DNA of 64,000 nt from Picochlorum sp. SENEW3. Its lineage: Eukaryota. The notes below the pieces were generated by a model. The model did not search any database, was not told where the DNA came from, and saw only the letters and a list, made by a program, of their open reading frames with translations. The stretch spans positions 124,001-188,000 of the forward strand of contig CP120461.1 of the NCBI GenBank assembly GCA_034226945.1, in the 5' to 3' direction. This document shows, in pieces, positions 1-10,889 of the stretch (within the stretch, counting starts at the first letter, position 1; each line of letters starts with the position of its first letter). A program made the position numbers and the translations under genes.

Positions 1-245
1 ATGACAGACTGAATGAAACGGACAGCTTTCTGTCTCAAGACACACCAACAAAGAAATGGAATTATTTCACCAGAGTTTATTTTTTCAGAAATACGCCTAA
101 TGTTTTGTTTGTTTCAAAAGCGATGCAGATCTCGACTTGGAAACATTCCTTAATTGATATATTAAATCGGATCTGGGCGTACGCCTTCCGGGAAAAAACG
201 GCTCTTACAAAGTCAGTATCATCATCATCATGTACGAATGCCATA

Positions 246-1138
246 CTACGCGGCTTCCTTCTGGGCCTCCTTTTCTGCGGCACGCTCAGCCTGCTTTCTC
301 TTTTCTCTCTCCACGAATTCCTTCATTATTTCCTTGGCAGCCTTGAGCTTGGACAGGATGTTTTTGTAGGTGACCAAATCAGCATTGACACGCTCCTGAG
401 GAATGCCAACCCCTTCTACCAGGCCTCCAAGTGCCTTTGGGTCCTTGGCACCTGCCAATTCGAGCATTCTGAACAACCCTACGGCGAAAAATTTGGTATA
501 CAGGAATTTTCCTGATGAAACCTTTTCGGCAATGGATGCCATGATCTGCTGGCATTCATTGCCATCAGAGGAAGGGAGGAGGGCGTCCACAGAACCTGCA
601 GATGTTGCTGCCGCCTCCAGCATGGATGCGTCCTTCCTGTACTGCTCTGGGCTCTCTTCGAGAGCAGAAATATATGCGTTGAAGACTGCTTCTTGCTCTG
701 CCTCTGGGAGTCCCTGCAAAACCTGATCAAAAATGGAGCAAATGCCGAGTGCCATGACTGGGTTGTACACATAGTTTGCATTCCACCTATACAAGTGCTG
801 CTGCACCAACAGCTCCAGGACGACAGTGCTGTACAGAGATGGCAGTGGCCTGTTGAATGCCTGCAAGAACTTGGCCTTGGCATCCGCAACTGTTGGCGTG
901 GCTGCAGAAGCGGTAATCGTCAGAGACGTGCGTCCAGAGGAAACACTCTGACGAGGCACTCTCTGAACACGAACAAAGACGGAATGTGCCTGTCTTGGCC
1001 TACATCATAAATATATCGTCAAAATCAACCAATGCATTCCATATACGGGTGAAAAGGTGCGATCGACCTGGGACCACAGAACGTCAGGCTGACGGCACAC
1101 GTACCTCTGCAATGCAGCCACTGGGACTGAACATCCAT
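246..1138 (-). CDS. THF1: Thylakoid formation 1 / Psb29 protein, chloroplast
   Basis: ORF 246-959 contains PTVADAKAKF...YSTVVLELLVQQHL and FLYTKFFAVGLFRML, typical of THF1. A probable first exon from ATG 1138 splices (AG|gtcgat...tgtag|G) in frame and adds a transit peptide. Confidence 0.9.
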
Positions 1139-1478
1139 GGTTTATTTTAGTAAAATTCATCGTTTAGTGTACGAGAACAGAGAATTATAGAGTAGAGAGT
1201 GATGTCTCGTGTTGGATAGAGTCTCCCCTGTCAAACCAATCGAAGGCTCGTATCCTGCGTCGATTGATCGAATCGATGCTGTATATTTGTATAATATCAA
1301 AATATAAGGGTAATCTTGGGGCAATGGTTGCCTAAGGATGATTGGCACAGTGGCCATTCATGATTCGACTCGAATCATTCGACTCGAATGCCAGTCAAAA
1401 GCACGTTGAGCACATTTGCTGATGGAGATGTCATATGCTGTATCTATGGGTTACATCGTATTCATACATGTGATAATA

Positions 1479-3440
1479 TCATGCCCTTTTGGTCGCACCA
1501 ATCAGGACAGAGCCTCGAGCCAAGTTTGGTCTGCCACCCATGGCAGGGCCTGCTGCGACAGGGTCTTCGTCATCGCCCTCGTTCCCTGCGGCCTTGATCA
1601 TGTCCATGAGACTCTTTGGTCGGATATCTTTGATACCTCTGCAGTCCTCGTCTACAGAAATAACTTTGAGCAAAAATTCTTCATTCATAGACCTTGAGAT
1701 GACAACGACATGATCATTGGCTTTCAGGATACCTCCTGCTGTGGCCATGGCCACAGCCTCTTCGAGGAGGCCTTCGCCAGAGCTTGAGGAGGGTGTTGCC
1801 AGGACGGGGACGAGTCCGTAGGTCAGCAGGGACTGGCGGGCTGTTGAACTACCTTCCAGGATCCACCTCATACCGTCTCTCTTCAGGTATGGAATGACGA
1901 GGGTCAAAATGGGTTGACTTGGACGATACTTGGCAACAAGGGCTGCAGTTTTGCCGGTATGTGTGAGGCACACGATGAGTGCTGCGGACACACTTTCTGC
2001 CGTTTTAACAGCTGCGGCAGCAATACTTTCAAGCTTGGTGTTGTATGATTTTGCACCTCTCTCACCAGGATGGCTGCTCAATGATGCCAAGTTGGCGCTT
2101 GAGAATGCAATACCAATGTTTGCCTCGCTCATGACACCAGATGATGCTCTCACCAGTCCTCCCTTTTGGCTTGGATGTTCTGGATCAGATGCTTCTTCGA
2201 CAACACGGAGAGTGTATTCACTCTCAATGGCAAGATGCTCAAAGTGATTCTCATGATCATACACTGCCTCTGCTTCTCTGCAAATGGCGACAGTCGTCTT
2301 GACTGTGTCTAGTCCATACTTGCCTCTGTACGTCTCTGCACCAAGGAGAATACCGTCCACACCATCCAAAACAGCATTGGCAATATCAGTTGCTTCTGCA
2401 CGTGTGGGCCTAGGAATACCAACCATGGAATCGCAGACACGAGTAATAATGGCTGGTTTGCCCAAGATGGCGCATGTTGAGCACATTGCCTTTTGCACCA
2501 TGGCCATCTTCTCTGCCTGGACATCCAGGCCCAGGTTTCCACGGGAGATAATAACACCATCAGATGCAAGCACTACAGACCTAAAATTCATCAGAGACTG
2601 ACGAGTTTCACATTTTGAAATAAGCTTGACATGATCAAGGTGCTGCTCCTGCAAAAAGTCCCTTGCCTCTGCCACATCCCCCACATCTCTGCAGAATGAG
2701 AGTGATACGAAATCAATCTCAAATTCCTTTGACAGAGCTGAAATAGCTTCCTTGTCGAAATCAGTCAGACATGGGAGATCATTCTGAAGATTTGACAACC
2801 CCTCCTGTGATCTCTCTTGGTGGAAAATCATCAACAATCCATCCAATACAGCATCATTCTTCACATTACAAATCACCTCTGTTGGAGTCACATCCTCAAC
2901 TTCCAAAAATACAGATGATGTCTCAGAACCGGTTACCAAATATCGACCGACAAAGATGGAGTCTCCTGGCTGACACATGGCAGGGAATTTTGAATATGTC
3001 ACTGGGAAGACTGTATTGCTACACTCTGCAGTCTGATCTGCCGTGATCGTAACTGTATCACCTTCAGAGATTGTCAATCGCTCAAAAATACCTGGCCAAC
3101 CATTCTCATCCACACCATACTTTCTTCGAATCATCAACTCCCTACCCAAAGAGTCCAGCATCACAGCACACAATCTGCGTGTCCTCTTCATAGCCTCTTG
3201 CAAATTCTTCAACGAAATTCTATGATAATCGATTGGCGCCCATGTCAAATCAATACGCGCGCAGGTCACTCCAGCATTGAGCAAATCACACAATGCCTCC
3301 ACAGACTGGCATGCTGGACCAATGGTGGCCACCACCTTGGTCTTGCTCAGCAAATTGCTGCTACCATCCGTGTGCAACACCTGATTCAAGTCCGAGTTCT
3401 TAAACACATGGTTCTTCGCACGAGTTATATGCCTCGCCAT
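1479..3440 (-). CDS. Pyruvate kinase, plant cytosolic-type subgroup
   Basis: KTKVVATIGPA, SRGNLG, TRVCDSM and PRPTRAEATDIANAVLDG motifs. First ATG at 3440; probable 5'-UTR intron at 3481-3785. Confidence 0.93.
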   Translation of the reverse strand: MARHITRAKNHVFKNSDLNQVLHTDGSSNLLSKTKVVATIGPACQSVEALCDLLNAGVTCARIDLTWAPIDYHRISLKNLQEAMKRTRRLCAVMLDSLGRELMIRRKYGVDENGWPGIFERLTISEGDTVTITADQTAECSNTVFPVTYSKFPAMCQPGDSIFVGRYLVTGSETSSVFLEVEDVTPTEVICNVKNDAVLDGLLMIFHQERSQEGLSNLQNDLPCLTDFDKEAISALSKEFEIDFVSLSFCRDVGDVAEARDFLQEQHLDHVKLISKCETRQSLMNFRSVVLASDGVIISRGNLGLDVQAEKMAMVQKAMCSTCAILGKPAIITRVCDSMVGIPRPTRAEATDIANAVLDGVDGILLGAETYRGKYGLDTVKTTVAICREAEAVYDHENHFEHLAIESEYTLRVVEEASDPEHPSQKGGLVRASSGVMSEANIGIAFSSANLASLSSHPGERGAKSYNTKLESIAAAAVKTAESVSAALIVCLTHTGKTAALVAKYRPSQPILTLVIPYLKRDGMRWILEGSSTARQSLLTYGLVPVLATPSSSSGEGLLEEAVAMATAGGILKANDHVVVISRSMNEEFLLKVISVDEDCRGIKDIRPKSLMDMIKAAGNEGDDEDPVAAGPAMGGRPNLARGSVLIGATKRA

Positions 3441-4556
3441 AGTGCTCAAATCTTTAGGGAGATGTATTATTCTCGAGCAACTGCACCGACAAAAATATCA
3501 TCGTCAGGATACTCCCATCCACTCATGTATTTGATGGGAAAGAATGCACACCCCTCGTAACCCTCCCCAAACGTATCGATTCATATCCTCCCCAGCCAAC
3601 CTCTGTAGAATCTACCTCATCACCCCGATGACATTACTATATATCTTTCCAGTACCCCAGACCCCTTCCAAACGCGAGGAAAGGAAGCACCGTCGACGTC
3701 AATGCACACGCAACCCATTGGGGATGCAGGCTAGGTCGAACGATTATTCATTCCATCCCACAATGTATGGCACACAAATACGTACCTAGGTTTAAAAAAA
3801 GATTTTTTGTCCTATTAGGGATCATCGGTGCACCTAATACATGGCACTCTGCGTGCCACAGTGATAGAATTAGAAGATACACATCTCCCATCACATCTAC
3901 TCTTTGATAGGACACTAAAATCCTGCGCCCAATGAACCAGAATTTGCCACCTGGAACCGACCATGCTCCCGACTGTGTCTGACATCCGGTCCAACATGTT
4001 CTTGGATAGGAAGAATCTACCAGAGCATCTTCCAGACCCGCATTCTGTCCCATGTCCGTGTCACCTCGGAGGAATGCTCATGGACACCCACAATGGGCGA
4101 TCGCTGGCATTGTTATTAGTATATAATTGGTTGTAGGCATACATATATAGCAGTGGCATTTGTCATACTATCAGGGGATCCTTGATAGATTTCTTCGACG
4201 AATCTAGGCACACACCGCGGGCGTGTGATCACCCGAGAGAGACAATAGAACTGTGTAATCCTAGGGTGTATTATGGTTTTATAGTACACGATTATAGTAT
4301 AGTTTGAGAGGTGCGTTGATACCCGTTGACTGGGAAGAAGAGCGACGGACACAAGGTTGAAGATCAATCAAATGCTGCCTTGAAACACGTTTCCAAGGGG
4401 ACAGTATCGATGGTGGACTGCAGATATGGGTCAATGTGTATTTTATTGGTATTTTACTAGGGGATTGGGTGGATTTGATGATGTTGTCGTTGTTCCCATG
4501 CATGACACCTCGGTCTGTTCACACGTGCAGATACATTCTTCTAGGAAACAACAATC

Positions 4557-5006
4557 ATGTGCCGAATGCAAGGAAGGCTTGGTGTAGTATCTGTGGCTGG
4601 TGGAGGCAGTGTGGTCGCTGGAAGGCGACAGCAGCGGCCAATCTGCAGATCTGTGCGCCAGTCCCCTTCTCAGCAGACCCAGCAGACTGGTGAGGAGGTG
4701 GCAATACAGAGCCGAGGTAGTGGTAATATCACGCCTCTGTTTACTACCGATTGTTTGAATTCAACGCATGGGAGTGCTGTGGTGGAAGAGGAAGGCTTTG
4801 GTGGTACACGTGTCTTGCCTGTGGTGGTTATTGTGCGGCAGGTGACTCAGCAGGTGAGTGATGTCCTCCGCAGTTTGGTTTCTACGGATGAGGAAACTGT
4901 CATGGAGATGATTGAGGGGAGCGAAGAGCCATATCCAATGTCGAGTATACATGAGAAGAGAGAAAAAGTTCATAATATGCTGGCTGATTGGGATCGTTTT
5001 GCCTAG
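4557..5006 (+). CDS. Hypothetical protein (149 aa), Arg/Ser-rich N-terminus resembling a transit peptide
   Basis: ATG-initiated ORF filling an otherwise empty gap; no recognisable domain. Confidence 0.5.
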   Translation: MCRMQGRLGVVSVAGGGSVVAGRRQQRPICRSVRQSPSQQTQQTGEEVAIQSRGSGNITPLFTTDCLNSTHGSAVVEEEGFGGTRVLPVVVIVRQVTQQVSDVLRSLVSTDEETVMEMIEGSEEPYPMSSIHEKREKVHNMLADWDRFA

Positions 5007-5127
5007 GTACACACACACACACATGAGAAAACTGATTCATTTTTGATACCTGTTCTTTTGAGTGCTATATGCACACCGCGATATTACATACAAATGATAT
5101 CCTATTTTTGTGAAACAAGAAACTTGG

Positions 5128-5934
5128 TTACGAACTCACATCCATGGCCTGCACATCGATTGGCAGCTGAGACAGGGACGGGTACTCGCGCTGTCTCAAC
5201 ACGGTTGTGGTTCCTGGTGGAATCACCTTCTCGTGCTGCCTGCTATACGTCTTTCCTTGAAGGAATTCATGGTTTCTAAGATACTCCACACCATCCTTGG
5301 TGATCACGCACACATCCACATTGGACCCAGATCCCAAATCATTATACACACCAGATCGAATGGCTCTCGTCACCAAATCAATACCCTCCTCACGTGTCAT
5401 CCCATCCTTGTATCCAGCTTCAAACACCGCCATTGCATTCAAACTGCCAGATCCCATGGTACAATATGGCAGAGAATCCGTGGACCCATGTGGATAAATG
5501 GTGAACAATTGTGGCCCTTTGCAGTCCACACCTCCCAACACCAGGGCAGCACTGATGTACCCCTGATACTTGAACAGATGGCTCTTCAACAATGTCATCG
5601 CACTATTCACTCTACTCTGTTTCCCTGTCGCATAGCGATGCAACTCTAATTGAGATGAAATCATCCCAGTCACATTCTCAGTGTCAGCAGCTGTCCCAGC
5701 CCCACAGCAGTAGATGTTAGGGGCAATGTAGTGAATCTTCTCGCAATTCTTATCAGCCACAGTAGTACCAGCTGTTGACCTGGTATCTGCCCCAAGAACC
5801 ACGCCGTCTTTATAAATCAACCCCACAATCGTGGTACCAGTCTTTGTAAACCCAGGTGCCAGCCCAGCCTTTTTGAGAAGCAACTCATTCCTCACCATGA
5901 GTTCCGTGCCAAAAGCTTTACTATCCGATTTCAT
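5128..5934 (-). CDS. PBB1: 20S proteasome subunit beta type-7 (beta2)
   Basis: Propeptide followed by KTG/TTIVG (catalytic Thr); [22 protein letters not shown] and DLGSGSNVD motifs. Confidence 0.95.
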   Translation of the reverse strand: MKSDSKAFGTELMVRNELLLKKAGLAPGFTKTGTTIVGLIYKDGVVLGADTRSTAGTTVADKNCEKIHYIAPNIYCCGAGTAADTENVTGMISSQLELHRYATGKQSRVNSAMTLLKSHLFKYQGYISAALVLGGVDCKGPQLFTIYPHGSTDSLPYCTMGSGSLNAMAVFEAGYKDGMTREEGIDLVTRAIRSGVYNDLGSGSNVDVCVITKDGVEYLRNHEFLQGKTYSRQHEKVIPPGTTTVLRQREYPSLSQLPIDVQAMDVSS

Positions 5935-6259
5935 TGTAAATATATTGTATAAATATATCTCAAGAATGCGATGCGAGCGAATAGATGTGTTTCGATGGGG
6001 GAATGATCAGGAGTGCCTCTTGTCGGTATAAACAATGCCACTTCTGTACACTGATGTATTATTACAGTAAAATATTAATTATGTGGCAGCAGCATGGCCC
6101 TCAAAGGCTTGTTTGAATCCTGTGTACTCAAAAGTCCCGAATGGGGTGTCCACCATGACGAACGGAATGACCCCGTGTTCGATGAATGTCTACATAGACC
6201 TTGGATACAGAGCAACCTATTCAAATCTAATTTTCTATATAATCACTACAGGCGGCAGT

Positions 6260-7025
6260 ATGTTGGAGAAGAAGCCTCTTGCCGTGGATCCCACCGTACC
6301 AACTGTGAATGGTTTGGTATTGCTGGATAATGAAGGAAAGCGGGTGGCTGTGCAGTATTTCGGAGAGAAATTGTGCGTTTACATTTCATTCATGTTCATG
6401 ACCGACGAGCGCTTCCGTTGATTGGTCGAATTCCTTCCATCCAAACACCAAGTTTGTCCTTGTTGTGTGCTTTTTCTTGGCTTTTTGTCCTGGGAAATAT
6501 AGTATGGAAACATCCTGCTGACATGTTTGTGATACATATATATATTTTTGTAGGATGGGTGATGTGTCTGCTCAATCGGAGGTTGAAATGTCATTGTACA
6601 CAAAGACTGTTAGAACAAATGCTCGTGGGGAAGCTGAGATTATCATGTTGGATGATGCGGTTGCTGTGTATAGATTTGTCGGGGACTTGATGTTTTTTGT
6701 ACTGGGAGATGTTGATGAAAACGAGATTATTCTGTCTGATGTACTGACCGGGTTTTGTGATTCTATTACGCTGCTCTTGAGGAATGCTGTGGAGAAGAAG
6801 ACTGTGCTAGAGAATTTGGATCTTGTGTTATTGGCCATGGATGAGATATCAGAAGGAGGATTGTTGTTAGAAACGGATCCAGCCGTGATTGCGACGCGTG
6901 TGACGATGAGAGCTGGGGATGATACCGGAGACAGTCCCATGGGAATGGACAATCCAGGGTTGCAGAGTCTCTCAGCGGCGTTTGGCAATGTCAAGGAGCA
7001 GTTGGCGCGATCGCTGCTCAAATAG
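6260..7025 (+). CDS. COPZ: Coatomer subunit zeta (2 exons; intron ~6373-6553)
   Basis: Exon 1 LLDNEGKRVAVQY joins in frame via TT|gtgcgt...tgtag|G to exon 2 containing DENEIIL and LENLDLVLLAMDEI. Confidence 0.92.
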
Positions 7026-7078
7026 TGCATATATTTGTGTGTAATATATTAAGAGCAAAACGTCTACATATTCATTTC

Positions 7079-8669
7079 TTATTCTTGCGTACTCGTCGTT
7101 GGTGCTTGTTCACCAGTGGACAGGACTCGTGCAGAGACTCCATTGGTGACGGCAGTCTTTGACGGTCGTTGCGGCAACTTTGTCATCTTCTTTTGTTCCA
7201 GGCGATCATTCCATTTGAAGCATCGTTCAATGCTATTAAACCAATCGGTTGTTTGGTCTTCGTAATTGATTGTTGGGACGGGATGAGGGCTCATCCTGAC
7301 ATGTACAGCATCTCCTGCTTGAAGATCAGATGTATACTTACCATCAAATGTGGCAATAGCTCCACTTCGCGCATCTCCTGCTATTCGAAGAATAAGCTGT
7401 GCATAGTCAGGTAAAATGACTGGTCTGAAGGAGAGAGAATGAGGGCAGATTGGAGTGAAGAGAATTGCTGGCACTGTTGGATGAACCATGGAGCCTCCTG
7501 CTGCAACAGAATAGGCTGTTGATCCCGTCGGTGTTGCCAACATGACACCATCAGCTTGAACTTTCGTGATGAACGTTTCTCGCTCATACACCTCAATGTT
7601 TGACAGATATGGAGCCGATCCTCTTGACAAGACAACTTCATTCAACACTTCATGGCTCTGACCAGGTACTCGGCGTCCATTTCTAAAGACTTCACACATC
7701 AATCGCATTCTCAGAGTAATTCGTACTCCGGTAAGAGGAGACCCGTCAACAGAGTTTGTCAACCGACATGTATCCAACTCATCGCTCCCATTGATGACGG
7801 CGTCCAAATGTTCTCTTGCACGCTCAAAGTCATGGCATGTCAAAAATCCCAATGATCCTAATTTGAACGATATAATGGGAGGGATAGCACATCCAAACAA
7901 GTGCGTGGCATGCAGCATCAACCCATCACCCCCAAGACAAACGATGAAATCGACATACTGATGCAAGCAAACGGAATCCTCTGGTGCCCAGGTATCAACG
8001 TATGGCATGTCTAGAGAGAAATTTGGTACCGTCTTTTTCAACTCTTCATAGTCTGATGGCTCTATCAAAACGCGTAATCCTTGCTCTTCACCTAGAAACT
8101 TCATTGTTGAGATGAAGTCATCCAAAAGTTCTTCACCCAACTTTTTCAACACCATCACGCTCTTTGGCCTCGCCTTCCATACAAGAAGATGCTGCTGTGA
8201 ACTAGGATGCTCAAACTGTAAACTACCATCGGCTGCACACACATGTATTCACTCATCAAGACATTAATATAGGGTGTACCATTCAAAACAGAGAAGAAGA
8301 AGAATCCCCACAGAATGAGGACGTACATGTCACAGTCTCCCTTGTACAGGAGAATCCATCTGATCGCAAAATGTAGATATCAGACTTTTTCTCCCAATTT
8401 TTAGCCCTGCTCTTCAGGCACGTCCCGCACCCGTTGTATCCCGTGTTTCCCTGGCCAGCAGAAGCAGATACACACACGTTATCCCTTCGCCTTTTTATGG
8501 CTCTACCCCCATCTGAACCTCTCGTTACATCTTTATTGTATGTAGGAGGTCTATGATACATGCTATCCAATCGCCCGATGCCATATCGTCCTCTCTTTTG
8601 CCACGCACTTGGCACCTCGGCGCCTTTGGAACAGCTCATTTGCGTCGAATTCATACATCTATGCATCAT
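7079..8669 (-). CDS. NAD(H) kinase (2 exons; intron ~8233-8326)
   Basis: LGGDG, GSLGFL, LNEVV, QADG...TPTGSTAYSVAAGG and TPICPHSLSFRP motifs. The upstream ORF 8283-8669 splices in frame (T|gtacgt...gcag|CC). Confidence 0.92.
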
Positions 8670-8916
8670 TGTTCACGTCCAATGCTTCTCAATATTACTA
8701 TTATGGTACTATGGTGACCCTGTCTGTCTGTCTGTGAAGCACCGCTGAGTGCTCGCAGAAGGAAGGCACGAGGTTACTGCATATCCGACTCTGTCGCTAT
8801 TTTCCTCCTTGTATTTCTTTCCTCAGAGTATGAAATGAAATTAGTGGGATATTTTACAATAAATTACTGGATACCCGAGTCGCATCATTCTCTATGATGG
8901 TTCACCCTCCTTGTCA

Positions 8917-10107
8917 TCATGACCCACTGGGATGTGGGTCCCCCGATGTGGGGGAATCCAGGCTCATTTGAATCTTCAGACTCCCTCTTTTGGATGCTGC
9001 TTCAAACGCTTCCAACCCTTCTTCAATAGGAAACACAGCATCAACCATGGTGTTGACCAGGTCCTTTGTTGACTTTTGTTCTAACAATTCCAAACCCTTC
9101 TCCATGGGTCCACATCTCGATCCTATGAGTACTTTTTCATTCACAACAATATCGTTGGCAATGGCACTCCAAGCTGGCATGTCTATGCTCGTGTCAATAG
9201 CACATGTGCTCTTCAAAATGACCCTCCCTAATGGTCGACACAGTGCAGCAGACATGAGAATACCAGATGGATGCCCTGAGGCCTCAACAACCACATCAAA
9301 CGATCCATGGTATGATGTTATGGCATAATCATTTGTATCTGACACTACGACCCGTTCTTGGACTCCCTTCACCAACATCATCTTGTTTTCATGTTTTCCA
9401 AAAAATACAACAGAGCACCCTACAGATCCTAGTACATGGGCTATAAGCAGCCCCAATTTACCATCACCAACAACAGCCACTTTTTCATGTCCTTGATCGG
9501 GATTCACCAAAGCCTGCTCGACAATCCGATATGCCGCAGCCAACGGTTCACAAAAGGCTGCTTCTGCATCACTGATGTCATCCCTCACTGGATGACAGTT
9601 ATCCAGAGGAACTTTACAATATTCCGCCATGAGACCATCTCGATTAATAATGCCAATCACTGTCCTACTTGGAGCATGATTACGAAGGTATACCTTGGAC
9701 ATTCCTGATGCAGAGACTGTCGATGGAACACACTCGACAGCATTGCATGCATCATCACATGGGCAGTTGATCTCCACGACCACCCGCGCGCCCAGCATCG
9801 GATGGGATTCTAATCTCTCTCCAGATACGGTATCGACAATCTCGACGATCCTTCCCACGCCTTCATGCCCCAGAATGCTTTCATATCCTTCTACATACCC
9901 TCTTGTAATCTCAATGTCCGTGTTACAGATGGCCACCCGAAGCATTTTGAGCACTGCCTGGTATCTTGAACTGGATGATGGATACTCTCGGATGCCTGAA
10001 CCATCAGAAAGACGAGCATTGGCGGAGGTGGTACTGCTCAATGGACTCGGCCAATCGGCCTTATACTCTAACAACCCTGTCGATGAGGAATACACAAGGG
10101 CCTTCAT
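8917..10107 (-). CDS. Zn-dependent medium-chain dehydrogenase/reductase (MDR-like)
   Basis: Starts MKALVY; ICNTD and GHEGVG catalytic Zn ligands, EPLAAA, GDGKLG Rossmann motif, GSRCGP. Confidence 0.88.
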   Translation of the reverse strand: MKALVYSSSTGLLEYKADWPSPLSSTTSANARLSDGSGIREYPSSSSRYQAVLKMLRVAICNTDIEITRGYVEGYESILGHEGVGRIVEIVDTVSGERLESHPMLGARVVVEINCPCDDACNAVECVPSTVSASGMSKVYLRNHAPSRTVIGIINRDGLMAEYCKVPLDNCHPVRDDISDAEAAFCEPLAAAYRIVEQALVNPDQGHEKVAVVGDGKLGLLIAHVLGSVGCSVVFFGKHENKMMLVKGVQERVVVSDTNDYAITSYHGSFDVVVEASGHPSGILMSAALCRPLGRVILKSTCAIDTSIDMPAWSAIANDIVVNEKVLIGSRCGPMEKGLELLEQKSTKDLVNTMVDAVFPIEEGLEAFEAASKRGSLKIQMSLDSPTSGDPHPSGS

Positions 10108-10889
10108 TACAGTGTTTTTTTCTTCTATTATTGTGTTTCGTAGGACGATGTGCGGAGGCAATCACACGCAGGAGGCAGCGGCCAAGGCGTATAAAACATT
10201 GGCACCGATTGAACAGAGTCGTTGACCGAACCTTCTTCTCCTTGGTTCTTGCAGACCATGCTCTCCCACTATATGGGTGTGCATTCGACGGCATAATCCC
10301 GAGTATACGCCCTTACACACCTATAAAAATCGCATAGAGGTGATGGAGCCATGGTCCTCTACTCATGCAAGCCTTTCCGAGTCCATGCATTGCTCCATGC
10401 AGCCTCCTGGAGGCCTCAGGAACCATGACAGGGCACCATGGAGTTTCTTGGAATCCCCGATGTCATACGGTGTTCGATTGGATGCTCGGCATGGCTATCT
10501 GGATCCGTTTTGAGTGGTTGAGTATCACGTTGTTCGCCGAGTATTGAATATAAAAGTCGATTCTTTGACAAGACGTAGGTGCGTGGTTGAATATAGATGG
10601 CTGAGGTGGGGGACAGAGTGGTCGGCAGCGAGTCACGAGGCGTGAGAGAGACTGGCTTTTTGGTATCATTGTTTTGCGTATGGTGGCGTCAAAAGATACA
10701 ACATGGTTGTTTTGGGGTGCTTGCTGAGGGGTAGGGGGGACGGGATTGAATGGGGCTTGCAGGTCTTTTGGGTTAGTCACCGGGTAGGGTGTACATCCTT
10801 TACGCGGCGAGGAGGCTCAGCGAATTGGTGTTTATCGACGTGAAGAATGTGTATTGATCGACTATGATGTGTTTTCAAGGGCTGCAGGT

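Noticed and set aside
3..515. Plus-strand frame open from the window edge to 515, overlapping the THF1 3' end
   Set aside because: No recognisable protein. The distal half is the antisense shadow of THF1, and it cannot be resolved without upstream sequence.
4078..4112. AATGCCAGCG (TPP riboswitch-like) and an in-frame TGA after CGCP (selenoprotein-like) on the minus strand
   Set aside because: The CUGAGA motif and P5 partner of a TPP aptamer are absent. I identified no SECIS element or known selenoprotein similarity.
5008..5023. (CA)n microsatellite
   Set aside because: Short, ordinary simple repeat.
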